A DNA stretch of 64,000 bases, from contig NC_043005.1 in assembly GCF_006345805.1 (NCBI RefSeq), positions 55,924,001 through 55,988,000 on the forward strand. The letters run 5' to 3'. The notes beneath the pieces are model-generated. The model worked only from the letters and a program-made list of their open reading frames with translations. It searched no databases and was not told the origin of the DNA. A program made the translations under genes and the position numbers. Below, in pieces: positions 24,560 to 36,019 of this stretch (position 1 is its first letter; every line of letters starts with the position of its first letter). This DNA is from Octopus sinensis. Taxonomy: Eukaryota.

Positions 24560-24870
24560 TGTGGACATGTGGTAAGGGGATTACTTCCTGACCACATGTT
24601 TCTCTGTTTCAGTCCAACCATGTAGCATTTTGGTCAAGTATCTTTTACTTTAGTCTCAGACCAACCAAAGCCTTGTGAGTGGATTAGGTAGATGGAAATT
24701 GAAAGAAGTGTATCATGTGAGTGTGTGTGTGTGTGTGTTTGTTCCCCACCAGCATTTGACAAACAATGTTGGTGTGTTTTCATCCCTGTAACTTGGCAGT
24801 TCGGCAAAAGAAAGCGATGAAATAAGTTCCAGGCTTAAAAAATAATACTGGTGTTGATTCATTCAAAGAG
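24560..24870 (+). mobile_element. SINE family B
   Basis: Head accacatg...cagtcc..., body and ttggtgtgttt...gtaacttggcagttcggcaaaag tail. Confidence 0.7.
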
Positions 24871-24899
24871 TGCTATCAGTAGGGTGAGAGTTAGCCATG

Positions 24900-25114
24900 A
24901 GTACAATAATGCTCAGTTCTCAGTCCCTTCTTATCCATCATGATTCCTCCAGGCTATAACACAGGGATTTAAGACTGGCTACCCATGGAAACTGCTATAT
25001 GCTGATGATCTTGCTCTTATAGCAGAATCTGTAGTGGAAATGGAAATGAAATTTCAAGTACAGAAGCAAAACTTGGAATCAAAGGGCCTTAAAATCTGAA
25101 CAAGAGAAAGACCC
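24900..25114 (+). mobile_element. RTE RT fragment interrupted by the CR1 insertion (continues 26064-27050)
   Basis: FKTGYPWKLLYADDLALIAES...LESKGLK, then agaccc|CR1|aggaagacatggg rejoining the RPRKTW-like segment. Confidence 0.8.
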
Positions 25115-26063
25115 TTGTTGTTCTTAGTCTTCATAAATGACTTGCCCGACGACCTCACGCAACACACCCTTCTATTTGCCGACGATATCAAACTGGTCGC
25201 TCCTCGCGGTAATATAGAGGATCTTCGTCGATGCCTCCACCAAATTTGGAAGTGGTCTAACAATTGGGACCTGTGTCTGAACGTGTCAAAGTGCTGTCAT
25301 CTGCCTGTCGGCTCTACTCCTGCAACTCAACTTGATTTCGAGCCGGGTCGTCTGCTGCTGGAGAGGACCAATCAGGTAAAGGACCTAGGTATCTTGGTGG
25401 ATTCCTCCTTTTCGCCTTCGGCCCAGTGCGTCCATGCTGCCAACAAAGCACGCAGAATTCTGTTCTTGATTCGACGGTCATTCGGAATGCTCACAGCAAC
25501 CATATTCCTACCACTCTATGTCACGCTGGTGAGACCCATATTGGAGTATGGGATTCAAGCCTCTTCTCCTTATCTCCTCAAAGACATACAGCATCTCGAA
25601 AGAGTCCAGAAGCTGGCTACCCGCATGGTTCATGGTCTCAAAAATTTGTCCTACGAAGAAAGGCTGAGGACGCTCGACCTTTATTCTCTTGAAAAACGCC
25701 GCCGCCGTGGTGATCTCATTCTCGCCCACAACATCATAAGCGGAAAGTGTAACCTCTCGAAAGAGCTGTTCTTCACTCCTGCTCCAGAGCGTCGGCTGCG
25801 GGGTCATTCCGAAAAGCTCTACCTGCGACGATTTCATCTCAATCGAAGGAGAGGAGCTTTCTCCGTCCGGGTTGCGGATCCGTGGAACAAGCTGCCAGAC
25901 GAGATGGTGAAGATGCTGACGACTGCTTTGTTCAAAGCCTCCCTTGACCTCAAGTGGCCTGAACTCTTTACATGAACACCACCCTGTACTTAACTCCATG
26001 TCCCCCTACATGGCCTTGCTATTTGCTTTTGAGCCAAATTAACTAACTAACTAACTAACTAAC
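25115..26063 (+). mobile_element. Young 5'-truncated CR1-clade LINE; uninterrupted RT/C-terminal reading frame 25115-25975
   Basis: 286-aa open frame LLFLVFINDLP...LLFADDIKL...LNVSKC...KDLGILVD...LYVTLVRPILEYG...RRRGDLI...FSVRV.DPWNKLP; short 3' UTR and (TAAC)n tail; about 50% GC. Confidence 0.97.
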
Positions 26064-26335
26064 CAGGAAGACATGGGATGGGGTAGTGAGGGGCAGTCTT
26101 ATAATGTTGAGGTTCATGAAAGAGGTGACATTGGATTGAGTTTGGTGATATGAGGTTCTTGAGAAGACCCCTCATCTCAGTGAAACTGAGTTCTGGAAGT
26201 ACTCTGTTTGTATATGTTCTCCACTCACACATTACATTAATTCATACCACCTCCAGTGATCCAAACTACATCTCATGATCTACATGGGCATCCTCCACTA
26301 TCTGCTCCGGCAGCCCAACACCACATTGTTGTCAT

Positions 26336-26452
<117 letters not shown>

Positions 26453-27119
26453 CCTGTCCTCCCCTTGCCAACTGTAACATTTCTATCCTGCCACTCCCCT
26501 ATATATCAGTATTCACCACTCACTGTATCGCCCTTCTCCTCCCCTCTCTCTCATTCTCCTTTCACATTCTCATACACCCACTGCTCACTCACCTTGTCCA
26601 CTTCTCTGAACTACTCTTACACACACCTCTCAGTACCTTGACAGTATATCATCACACATCTTCGCCATCATCTCTCTCTCTTTCTCTCTCTCTCTCTCGT
26701 TAACTGAGGTAGCCATGTATCTTATCTACAGCAAGACACTTGCTTCTGTTCCTCTATCATAGTTTAAATTCTCCCCCACCTGGCACAAACCCACTGCCTT
26801 CAAAACAACTTCCTCTCTCAGTTAAGAGGGGTTTTGTGTTGCCAAGTACTTGGTGACATTGCTAGTGCTGGTGCCATGTAAAAAGCATTCCAATATGCTC
26901 TGTAAAGTGTTTCACATTAGAAAGGGCATACAGCAATACAAAGCAAGCCAAAGCAGTTGGTAGGGCTTGGCACAGTCCTCTGGCTCACCTGTTCTTGCCA
27001 AACTGTCCAACCCATACCAGCATGAAAAACAGATATTAAATGACAATGATGATACATTTATGTGTATCTTTGTGTGTCTGTATGTGTGTGTATATATGCA
27101 GGTAGATATGAATACATAC

Positions 27120-27162
<43 letters not shown>

Positions 27163-27176
27163 AACAAACACACACA

Positions 27177-27725
27177 CATGCAGGAAGTAAATAGACACAT
27201 TTATTTTCAAAATCTTTCATTTTATATTAATTGGTTGAAGGAGAGGTTTTCTTCTAGCTACTTGTCCATAATACCCAAGCTTATGCAGATATGTAACACA
27301 CGTTCTTGGACTAACTTTTAGCTGTTTTGCAATGTCAGAAGCCTTTGAATGAGGTTCATTTTCCACAATTCCCTTCCTTTCGAGGGCCTGGGTCAGCCAG
27401 GACAAGAACCTGTTGATTCTTTTCCTTGGATTTTGATTTGCACTATAATTCTATTAACATTAGCAAGAGGAATTTGAAGATTTTTGGCAATTTTTTGCTG
27501 GCTAAGACCTGCCTCAGTTTGCCCAATAATATGACCTCTTTGAAAATCTGACAGTTCTGCTGAATTCTTTGTGTGTGGCATGGTTACTCTTCGCAAATGT
27601 TTAATATAATGACACTTGGAATGAAAAAGAATAATTACATTGTAAATTTTACACCGCTGAAAACATATTAAGACGCTTAGATCAGAAATTTTGAAAATCA
27701 AAGGTGTCTATTTACTTCCTGCATG
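27177..27725 (-). mobile_element. Internally deleted Tc1 element with about 38-bp TIRs
   Basis: catgcaggaagtaaatagacac...tcaaaat is mirrored at 27687-27725; N-terminal transposase ELSDFQRGHIIG...LSQQKIAKNL and VARRKPLL. Confidence 0.9.
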
Positions 27726-28119
27726 TCTGTATATACGTGTATGTATATATACATATATACATAATACACATAAAAACATACATAAACATACACACACATA
27801 CACACACACATATCTTATACACATGGATATGTATACATACATTCATACATATGTAATTACACACATACACACATCATGCTTTTGTTTACTTCAAACTTCA
27901 AATATTTATCTAAACCAAATCATCTCACCTACACAATTATTGCCAACTACACAAACAGATGCTGCTATGTTTCTATAAAATAATATCTATTATTTTATAG
28001 CAATATAACTAGATCTGCTGTTATTTTATATTCTTTTATTGTTGATAGTAACTGTGCGGGTGAGGAGATCTTTCTAGATATATTCTTGAAATTTGAAGTA
28101 AACAATAATATATAAATGT

Positions 28120-28160
<41 letters not shown>

Positions 28161-28209
28161 TATATATATATACATATATATATATACACATATATATATA
28201 TATACACAC

Positions 28210-28299
<90 letters not shown>

Positions 28300-28544
28300 G
28301 TATCACAAATACACTCATTCACATATATTCATGTGCACACATGTACACACTCACGCACAAACTACACAGACATACATACATATAATATATATATTAAAGT
28401 AGAAGCTAAGTTACCTACGTTGATATCTTGTCCCAAAGATATCTGCTGGAAAGCCATTTAAATTCTCAGCTGCCAAATCAATGTTGCTTGTAAGCACATA
28501 TTTAGTGTTGTTGGTTTAGTAAAAACACTAGAACCGGTGCTGGC

Positions 28545-28773
28545 TGAACCCTTTAGCATTCAGTTTATTCTATAAAATATAATCTTTATTCATTCACATT
28601 TGTTTTGAATTAATTTTGCATTACCTTCTAACTTCAAGATTTTGAGGATGTGACTGTTTAGTTTTAAAATGACATTATTGGTTAGATATGAGAGGCCAGG
28701 ACCAGTCAGTTTGAACACAAAACTTATAGAATATTTGGGCCAGATATGGTCAGTTTAAATGCTAAAGAGTTAA
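28545..28773. mobile_element. piggyBac-type MITE
   Basis: (t)gaa|ccctttagcatt...aatgctaaagag|ttaa: CCC/GGG-like termini with TTAA-like target sites. Confidence 0.75.
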
Positions 28774-29309
28774 AGAATAGGCATGCTGTGACCTAGGGGC
28801 CTAATCCTGATCTATATTTGCTGTGGCTTACTATCAATAAATGAATGCTATATACTCCTGTGCATTGTTTTTCCTGGGGGCTTGTAATGCTGCTAAGATA
28901 GCCCTCACCAGAACCTAAGGAAACTAATCATGCATGTCTCTTGGACATAAGGTTCTACAAGAATCTTAAATTTTTCATCTTCCTCATAACAGAATAGTTT
29001 CATTTTTTTTTCTTTTTCTGTTAGACTGTGGCCATGCAGAAGCACCATTTTGAAGACTTTTGTCAAAAAAGAGCCTCCTCCTCCCGTACTTATTTGCATG
29101 TCAGGTACCAGGTACTTATTTCACTGGTCTTTTTTTTACCAAACTGCTAAGTTTCAGGAATGTAAGCAAACTAACTCTCATCATCAAGAGGTGGTGGTGG
29201 TGGTGGTGGTGGTGGTGGTGGTGGTGGAGATGGTGGTGGACAACAACAAACATGAAGATGCACATGCAAACACACAATCACAAGCACACACAAACACACA
29301 CATGTAACA

Positions 29310-29765
29310 TATATATATGATGGGCTTCTACACAATTTCCATGTCTCAAATCCACTAACAAAGCTTTGGTTGGCCCAGGGCTCTACTAGAAGACATTTGC
29401 CCAAGGTGCTGCACAGTGGGACTGAACCCAAAACCATACAGTTGCAAAGTGAGCTTCTTAACCACAATGTTATTTAAGCCTAAATCAGACTAAAAAGTCT
29501 TCTCAAATCTACGTTCTCTCCAATTATCCATTATCAACTTTACATGGTATATTCTTTTCTACTCTAGGCACAAGGCCCGAAAATTTTGGGGGGGGGCTAG
29601 TCGATTAGCTCGATCCCAGTACGCAACTGATACTTAATTTATTGACCCCAAAAGGATAAAATGCAAAGTCAACCTTGATGGAATTTGAACTCAGAATGTA
29701 AAGACAGACGAAATGCTGCGAAGAATTTTGCCCAGCATGCTAACGTTTCTGCCAGTTCGTCACCT
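29310..29765 (-). mobile_element. Adjacent SINE family B (29310-29470) and family A (29560-29765)
   Basis: Reverse-complement matches to both families. Confidence 0.8.
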
Positions 29766-30379
29766 TACTTTGCATGGTATATTGGATGTATTTTATCAAT
29801 TCTAGAGAAGTTGTCATGACTTCAACTAAACTAAAGGGGTCCTCTCAAACAACATCGTCTCCATTCATTGACCAACCATATTATATAGTTGTGCCAACAC
29901 CATTGAGATTGCTTGTACTCTGCAGGTCAAAAGAGCCCACAATTGTACTCCATGGTGTTACTATTCATTCAAGACAGTATGACAAAGATGGTGAATAGCA
30001 GAGAGAGTGATGACAGAAGAAGTAGGGTGGGTGAAGAGAGGAAGTGATGGTTCGATGTGATGACAAATAGCAACAGGGTGAGTAGAGAGGGCAGTTTGAG
30101 GGTGTAATAGAGAAGATTCAATGCATGGGCAACCTTTCATGGGAAGTAGGCACATGAGACATGGTTCGTCATCAGGCAGACAACACTACTAAAAATTCCA
30201 GATGGTTTTATCGCTGTTGGGCATGCCATTCAGAAAATCCTCTGGGTGGCATGCAGTCTAATAACCCACAGTTTGTCCATGACAGGTACAGATTGATATT
30301 TCTAATTAATCATTCATTGCATTAAATACGTTAACACTAACTTGGCTTTATCTCAAAAAGAGTGACTTCACATTAGCAT

Positions 30380-30808
30380 ATCTATCATCATCATTATCAT
30401 TGTCAACATCAACATCATTATCATCATCATTGCCATCATTACCACTACTATCATCATCATCATCACCATCATCCTCATCAGCATCATTATCAGCATCATC
30501 AACATCATTATCATCAGCATCATTATCATCATCATCATCATTATCAACACCATCATCACTGTTGTTATCATCATCACCACCATCACTATCACCACCACCA
30601 CCATCATCATCATCATTATCATCACATCACTACCACCATCACTGCCACCACCACCATCATCATCATCATCATTATCATCACCATCACTACTATCATCACT
30701 GCTACCACCACCACCATCATCATCATCATCGTTATCATCACCATCACTACTACCATCACTGCTACCACCACCACCATCATCATCATCACCATCATCATCT
30801 TCATCATT

Positions 30809-30842
<34 letters not shown>

Positions 30843-30895
30843 ACATCATCAACATCATCATAATTATTATTATAAATATCATTATCACCAACAAT
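30380..30895. repeat. (CAT/CAC)n low-complexity tract with a 60-bp higher-order unit
   Basis: 30661-30720 and 30721-30780 differ at only 2 positions; 30601-30660 is a third variant. Confidence 0.92.
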
Positions 30896-31859
30896 TTCTT
30901 GTCTATTATTCCATAAAGGTAATGAGTGAATTGACCTGTACTAGAACCTGTTACTGTTCCGTTCAGTCCTGCATCATCTTTCGTCTGTGACATCTTAAGT
31001 CATGGGATTCTGAATTTTTAGAAGGAGACAAAACTATTTCATAAATAAAACAGCAATAAATTTTGAAAATTTCAAAACTCTAAAACAAAATCTTTAATTT
31101 TATTAATTTGCTTGATAATTTAATAAAATCTAATAAATTTAATAAATTTAATCAATCTAATTAATAAAAAATTTATTAGATTAATAAAAACAAAAAAAAA
31201 TTATTTGATAATTAAAAGCTTGAATTAATCAATTTTTAAAAAATTACTTTTTCAAATTTAAAAATTAAAAGGAAAAAAACCATATGTATGATCAGATTCC
31301 ACTCCGGTGATTAATTTATTAATGCCAGGTATAAGATTTTCATTCCAAATCTTTGCACCCTTCTAGGTGTGTAAACTTGTTAATAAAAGTGTGAATGAAG
31401 AAAATAGTATGACACCAGCCTGAGTACTAAAATAATTTTGAGATAATCTTTTCACAAAGTCTGATCATTGTATTTCTTACTTCCAGTTAACAGGTTATTA
31501 GGATCATGTGAATATACATACATATATTTATAAAAATGGGGTCACCATTTATATATGAGACATTTAAGTATATCTTCCAATTAAATAGGCTTAGAGGACA
31601 GCAGCATTATCGTTATTTTCAGCAACTTCAAATAGCACCAACCACTTTTATGTAGCCTCTTTTAATTTGCCTCATATCCTGATAAGATTCATAATTTTGG
31701 TTTTGAGCATCGCAACTCTTTTCATCTTTTTCAATCATTTCCCAAGATAGCAAAATTCTTTCCGAAGAGTCGTTTCAAATTGTCTTCTTGTTTCTGCAAC
31801 ACTCACATGCAGCCTTTTCCAGAAAGTGTAACAACACTTCAGGCATTCTAAAGCATGAT

Positions 31860-32160
31860 CATTGTTGTCATCATCATCATCACCACAATCACCATCTTCG
31901 TCTTCCTCCTCCCCTTCTTCTTCTTTTACTCCTCCTTGTCTTCCTCCTCTTCCCCTTCTTCTTTTACTCCTCCTCTTCTTCTTCTTTTACTCTTCCACTT
32001 CTTCTTCCTCCTCTTCTTCTTCTTTTACTCCTCCACTTTTTCCTCCTCCTCTTCTTCTTCCCCTATTCCTCTTCTTCCACCTCCTCTACCTCTTCTTTTT
32101 CTTCTTTTTCTTTTCCTCCTCCTCTTCCTTCTCCTTTTCCTTCTTCTTCTTCTTCCTCCA
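31860..32160. repeat. (CAT)n then (CTT/CCT)n polypyrimidine tract
   Basis: Directly visible. Confidence 0.92.
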
Positions 32161-32689
32161 AAATATATCAATAATTGATTCACCTAGAATTTATTCAGTG
32201 GATATCTAAAAATTGGCTAGAAAATATCTTACATTTGTTTTTCTTTTTTTTATTATTATTTCCATTGAGGATTCAGAGAACAAAAAGATTAAAAGTTGTT
32301 TCAATTTTTGCTATACAAAATTATCTACATTTCCATTTGTAGTCAACCAATTTAGGAATCTTCTTCTAAAATGCATTTCACTCCACTGCATCATGAAGCT
32401 CTGTCCTCCGTTAGCTTTCACAGTTTCTCAGTTTTATGTTGTGTGTCTGCTAATAATATCAATAATGTTGGGTGTTCTTCATTGATCGCTGAAATGTAGA
32501 AATCTTCAAAATATTTTATATTTAAAATTAGATTCTGCTTCAGTAATTAATTTGTTAATGACAGATATAAGACATTTTCTTTCCAATACCCATGCACCCA
32601 TTTCTTCTGGGTGTGTAAATTCATTATGAGGGAGTAAATCAATGAAATAGTAGGGAGTTAGCATGAGCACTAAAATAAGGTTGAGATAG

Positions 32690-32738
<49 letters not shown>

Positions 32739-32812
32739 AGTGTATGTATAGTGTATTGTTCTGTGATGGTATGATCTATAAAAAATATTATTTGATAAAC
32801 ACAATATATGTC

Positions 32813-33024
32813 TTTATGTGTTACTATTAGTTCCATGTGTTGAAAGCATGCGAGACAGTATTTTTAATATGTCTGGTGTCCTAGTACAATCATCAGGCAT
32901 TGCCCACATGGCATAATGAACTAGGATGCCATGTGGGCAGTACCTGATGATTTTGCTAGGACGCAAAACACGCTAAAAAATACTGGCATGCCCTCAGCAC
33001 ATGAAACTAGTAGTAACACATAAA
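32813..33024. mobile_element. Foldback MITE, about 100-bp arms, 11-nt loop
   Basis: tttatgtgttacta...catcaggcattgcccacatggcat aatgaactagg atgccatgtgggcagtacctgatg...tagtaacacataaa. Confidence 0.88.
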
Positions 33025-34719
33025 TACATAGAAAAAAAAAATTCGTTTTCTATGTTTTTGTTTTTATGTTTTCATTTCTCATTGTGTTCAACGTTTTTTT
33101 GATGTCCTCTACCCATATATCTGTTCCATTGTAAGAAAAACAATTTTACATTAATTTGATGGGTTACACTATACTTTTATAGAGCACAAATAGATTATTA
33201 TTAAACAAGAATATTATTGACAGTGACTCCAAAGTTTCAGCTATTGTCAGACTGTGGTGCAGAGAAGTCAATCTTGGCTTTATATAGTCTCTGTTGAGTT
33301 AAAATTTTCCTTGGGTATGTGGGTTTGAGTGGAGTGGTAATTAGGCTTCAGGGTGGGTTGTTATGGAGAGGTATTTTGGAGGAATTTTAATGGATTAAAT
33401 TTGGGGTTTTGGTATTGTTCAGATTTTATTCCTGTATGTAGAACTTTGTAAGTAAGTGTGACTATTTAAATATGCCCCATTTGGTAGCTAGGTATAGGAT
33501 GTGTTGGTAGTTTTAGTTGTTTTTGATTTTATTGTGTTTCTATGTGTGTGTGTGTGTGTTCTTTTCTACATAAACAATATGTCAAGTATACAGCAGTATG
33601 GCTTGTGAAAACCATTGGCATAAGTAGCTTGTTTAGAAACAAGTGAAGGCTGGCAGCCGGAAGGATATCCAGATATAGAATACTGCCTTAAGAAGCCTTG
33701 TGAAACCCATAGAAAAGTCAATGTAAAATAAATGAATGATTGTGTGCATAGCTGTATAGGTGGGGCTCTGAGTATCTGTGTATCTGTCAGTGTATGGCTG
33801 AGTGCTTGTGTATTTATATACATATATGTTTTACTCATGTGTAGAATTTTATTCACACAAACATTTATGCAAATGAACACATAAGCATTGTATTAAAATA
33901 AACCATAACCAAAAAAAGTTGTACTCTCCCTCCTTCACTTTTAAACAAACTGTAACTTCCATTATGCCAGTAATCCAGTTCACCATATACCAGCTGTGCC
34001 AATTCTGCCCATAACAAAGGAACATATAATACAATGTGGCTGTAGGTCATAACACCTGGGCAACACCGGGATGCATTGCTAGTATGGATATAAACGTGTG
34101 TGTGTGGGTGCGTGTTTTGCCCCTGTAACAGTTCATTAATCTAAGTACCAGGCTTGAAAAATAATGAGTACTCGTGCCAATTGTTTGACAAAATCAATCA
34201 GGGAGATGCCCCAGCATGACTGCAGTCTAATGACTGAAACAAGCAAAAGATTTTTTAAAAAATAAAAGAAAAATAAATAAATAAATAAATAAATAAGACA
34301 GCCACAAAAAGTTTTAATTTATATTTAGTTTACATTTAAAAAGAAAATGGTATAATATTAAATTAAACCTTTTACATTTAATAAAGAAATTTATTTTTAA
34401 ATAAATCTAATTATTTTCTTAATTGGAAAAAACTTTAAATAATGTGTTTTTTTCTTTTTCTTTCAGATAAAAATATGTTTTTAGTTGAAATAGACACAAT
34501 ATAAAATATAAACTGAATTAAATAAAATAAAATTAATGAAGTCAAGTAATTTCAAATGACTACAATGTACCCAGTTTAGAGAGCTCCATCTTTCAACAAG
34601 GCCTTAAAGAGCTCTAATTCACTAAGGGATATAGCTGGCTTCCAAAGCTAAACTAAATTATTCCCATTGTGCCTTGTGTTTTTTTGTTTTGTTTTTTTTT
34701 TATTAATTTTTTACGTTGT

Positions 34720-34848
34720 TTACCTTCGAAATCCAGCCTGATAGAGCAGGCTTATGAAAATTCTTATTTTATCAATGTCAGCTAGTTCAGTTTGTTGATA
34801 TCTCTTTATGGTTTGGGGATAGAAATCAATAAAGTGATTTGCCTTCAT
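34720..34848 (-). pseudogene. Probable piggyBac transposase fragment
   Basis: ADIDKIRIFISLLYQAG resembles the piggyBac/PGBD N-terminal motif (recalled as about TDxxEIRAFIGLLYLAG); no other transposase blocks seen nearby. Confidence 0.45.
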
Positions 34849-34849
34849 C

Positions 34850-35205
34850 AACATCCTCACTGTCAATATCGTCGTAGTTGTCACTATTATCATCCTCATC
34901 CTCATCCTCATCCTCATCATCATCATTGTTTACACCATCGTCACCATCAATATCACCACTATTTACAACATTGTCATTATCACCACCACCACCATCATCA
35001 TTGTCATCGTCGTCGTCATCATCATCATCATCATCATCATCATCGTCACCACCACTAGCATCATCACTACCATCACCACCAACAACATCACAACTACTAC
35101 CACAACCATTACCACTACCACCAGCATCACTGCCACCTCCACCACCTCCAACATCATCATTGCTGTTTACAATATTGTCATTATTACCATGTCCACCACC
35201 ATCAC

Positions 35206-35249
<44 letters not shown>

Positions 35250-35470
35250 CCATCATCAACATCAGTCTTCAATGTTATAATATTTAACATCATCATAATC
35301 AGCAGTAGTAGCATTATCCTCATCACTATCACTATAGTTATCATCAACACTATCATCATCATCATCATCCCTACTTGTATAATTTTACATTTTTCTTCCT
35401 TTTTACCTTGTGTACATAGGCTTGTCATCATCAATGTTGTTGTTGTCGTCGTTGATGATGATGATGATCT
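34850..35470. repeat. (CAT/CAC)n compound trinucleotide tract
   Basis: Directly visible; source of the poly-S/H/D/M pseudo-ORFs. Confidence 0.93.
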
Positions 35471-36019
35471 GACTACTCCAACATTTTTCATTTACAGTAC
35501 TCATAAATATGAAATGTATCCATTTTTATTTGTTTTTAACAGAGAGAGAGAGAGTAATTTGAGGGAGATTTATCTGCTATTTCTAGCATTTCGACTTACC
35601 ACATAGAGAGCGCCACATCAAGTCCATCATATTACAGAACCACTAGTGAGTATTCTTCGTCAGCTGGTCAGCAAGTCCCAGACAGTCTCGGATCTACAAT
35701 ATTTAACCAGTACAACATGTAATGTGACTCATTTCATTGATCCAGATTACATTTCGTTTTATAATCTCTGTTTTCCTTCTATTATTCCATAGCATTTTGC
35801 CAGAATTCCTCTTCTGCCATTGTTTTTTTCATTTCTGTTGATTTGCTTATTCCTTCCCTCCCAGTATATGACCTGTGGCTTGTAGTCATAGACTGGGAGA
35901 TGTGTGTATAAGTTTGAATGAATAAATTTAAGCAAAAAGAATTTGCATATATATGTTTATGTATGTGTGAGTCTGTGCATCTATATATGCATGTGTATAT
36001 CTAAATATCTATCAATCTA

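Noticed and set aside
28905-29030. MKLFCYEEDEKFKILVEPYVQETCMISFLRFW followed by a GTGAGG donor
   Set aside because: Short, without homology I can recognise or a supporting acceptor or promoter; chance is plausible.
30890-31860. Minus-strand candidate exons (MSQTKDDAGLNG..., KQEDNLKRLFGRILLSWE...)
   Set aside because: Splice signals are weak or inconsistent, no recognisable protein, and no coherent phase chain could be built.
34826-35606. 221-aa and 242-aa poly-D/S/G ORFs
   Set aside because: Both strands of a (CAT/CAC)n tract; no non-repetitive domain.
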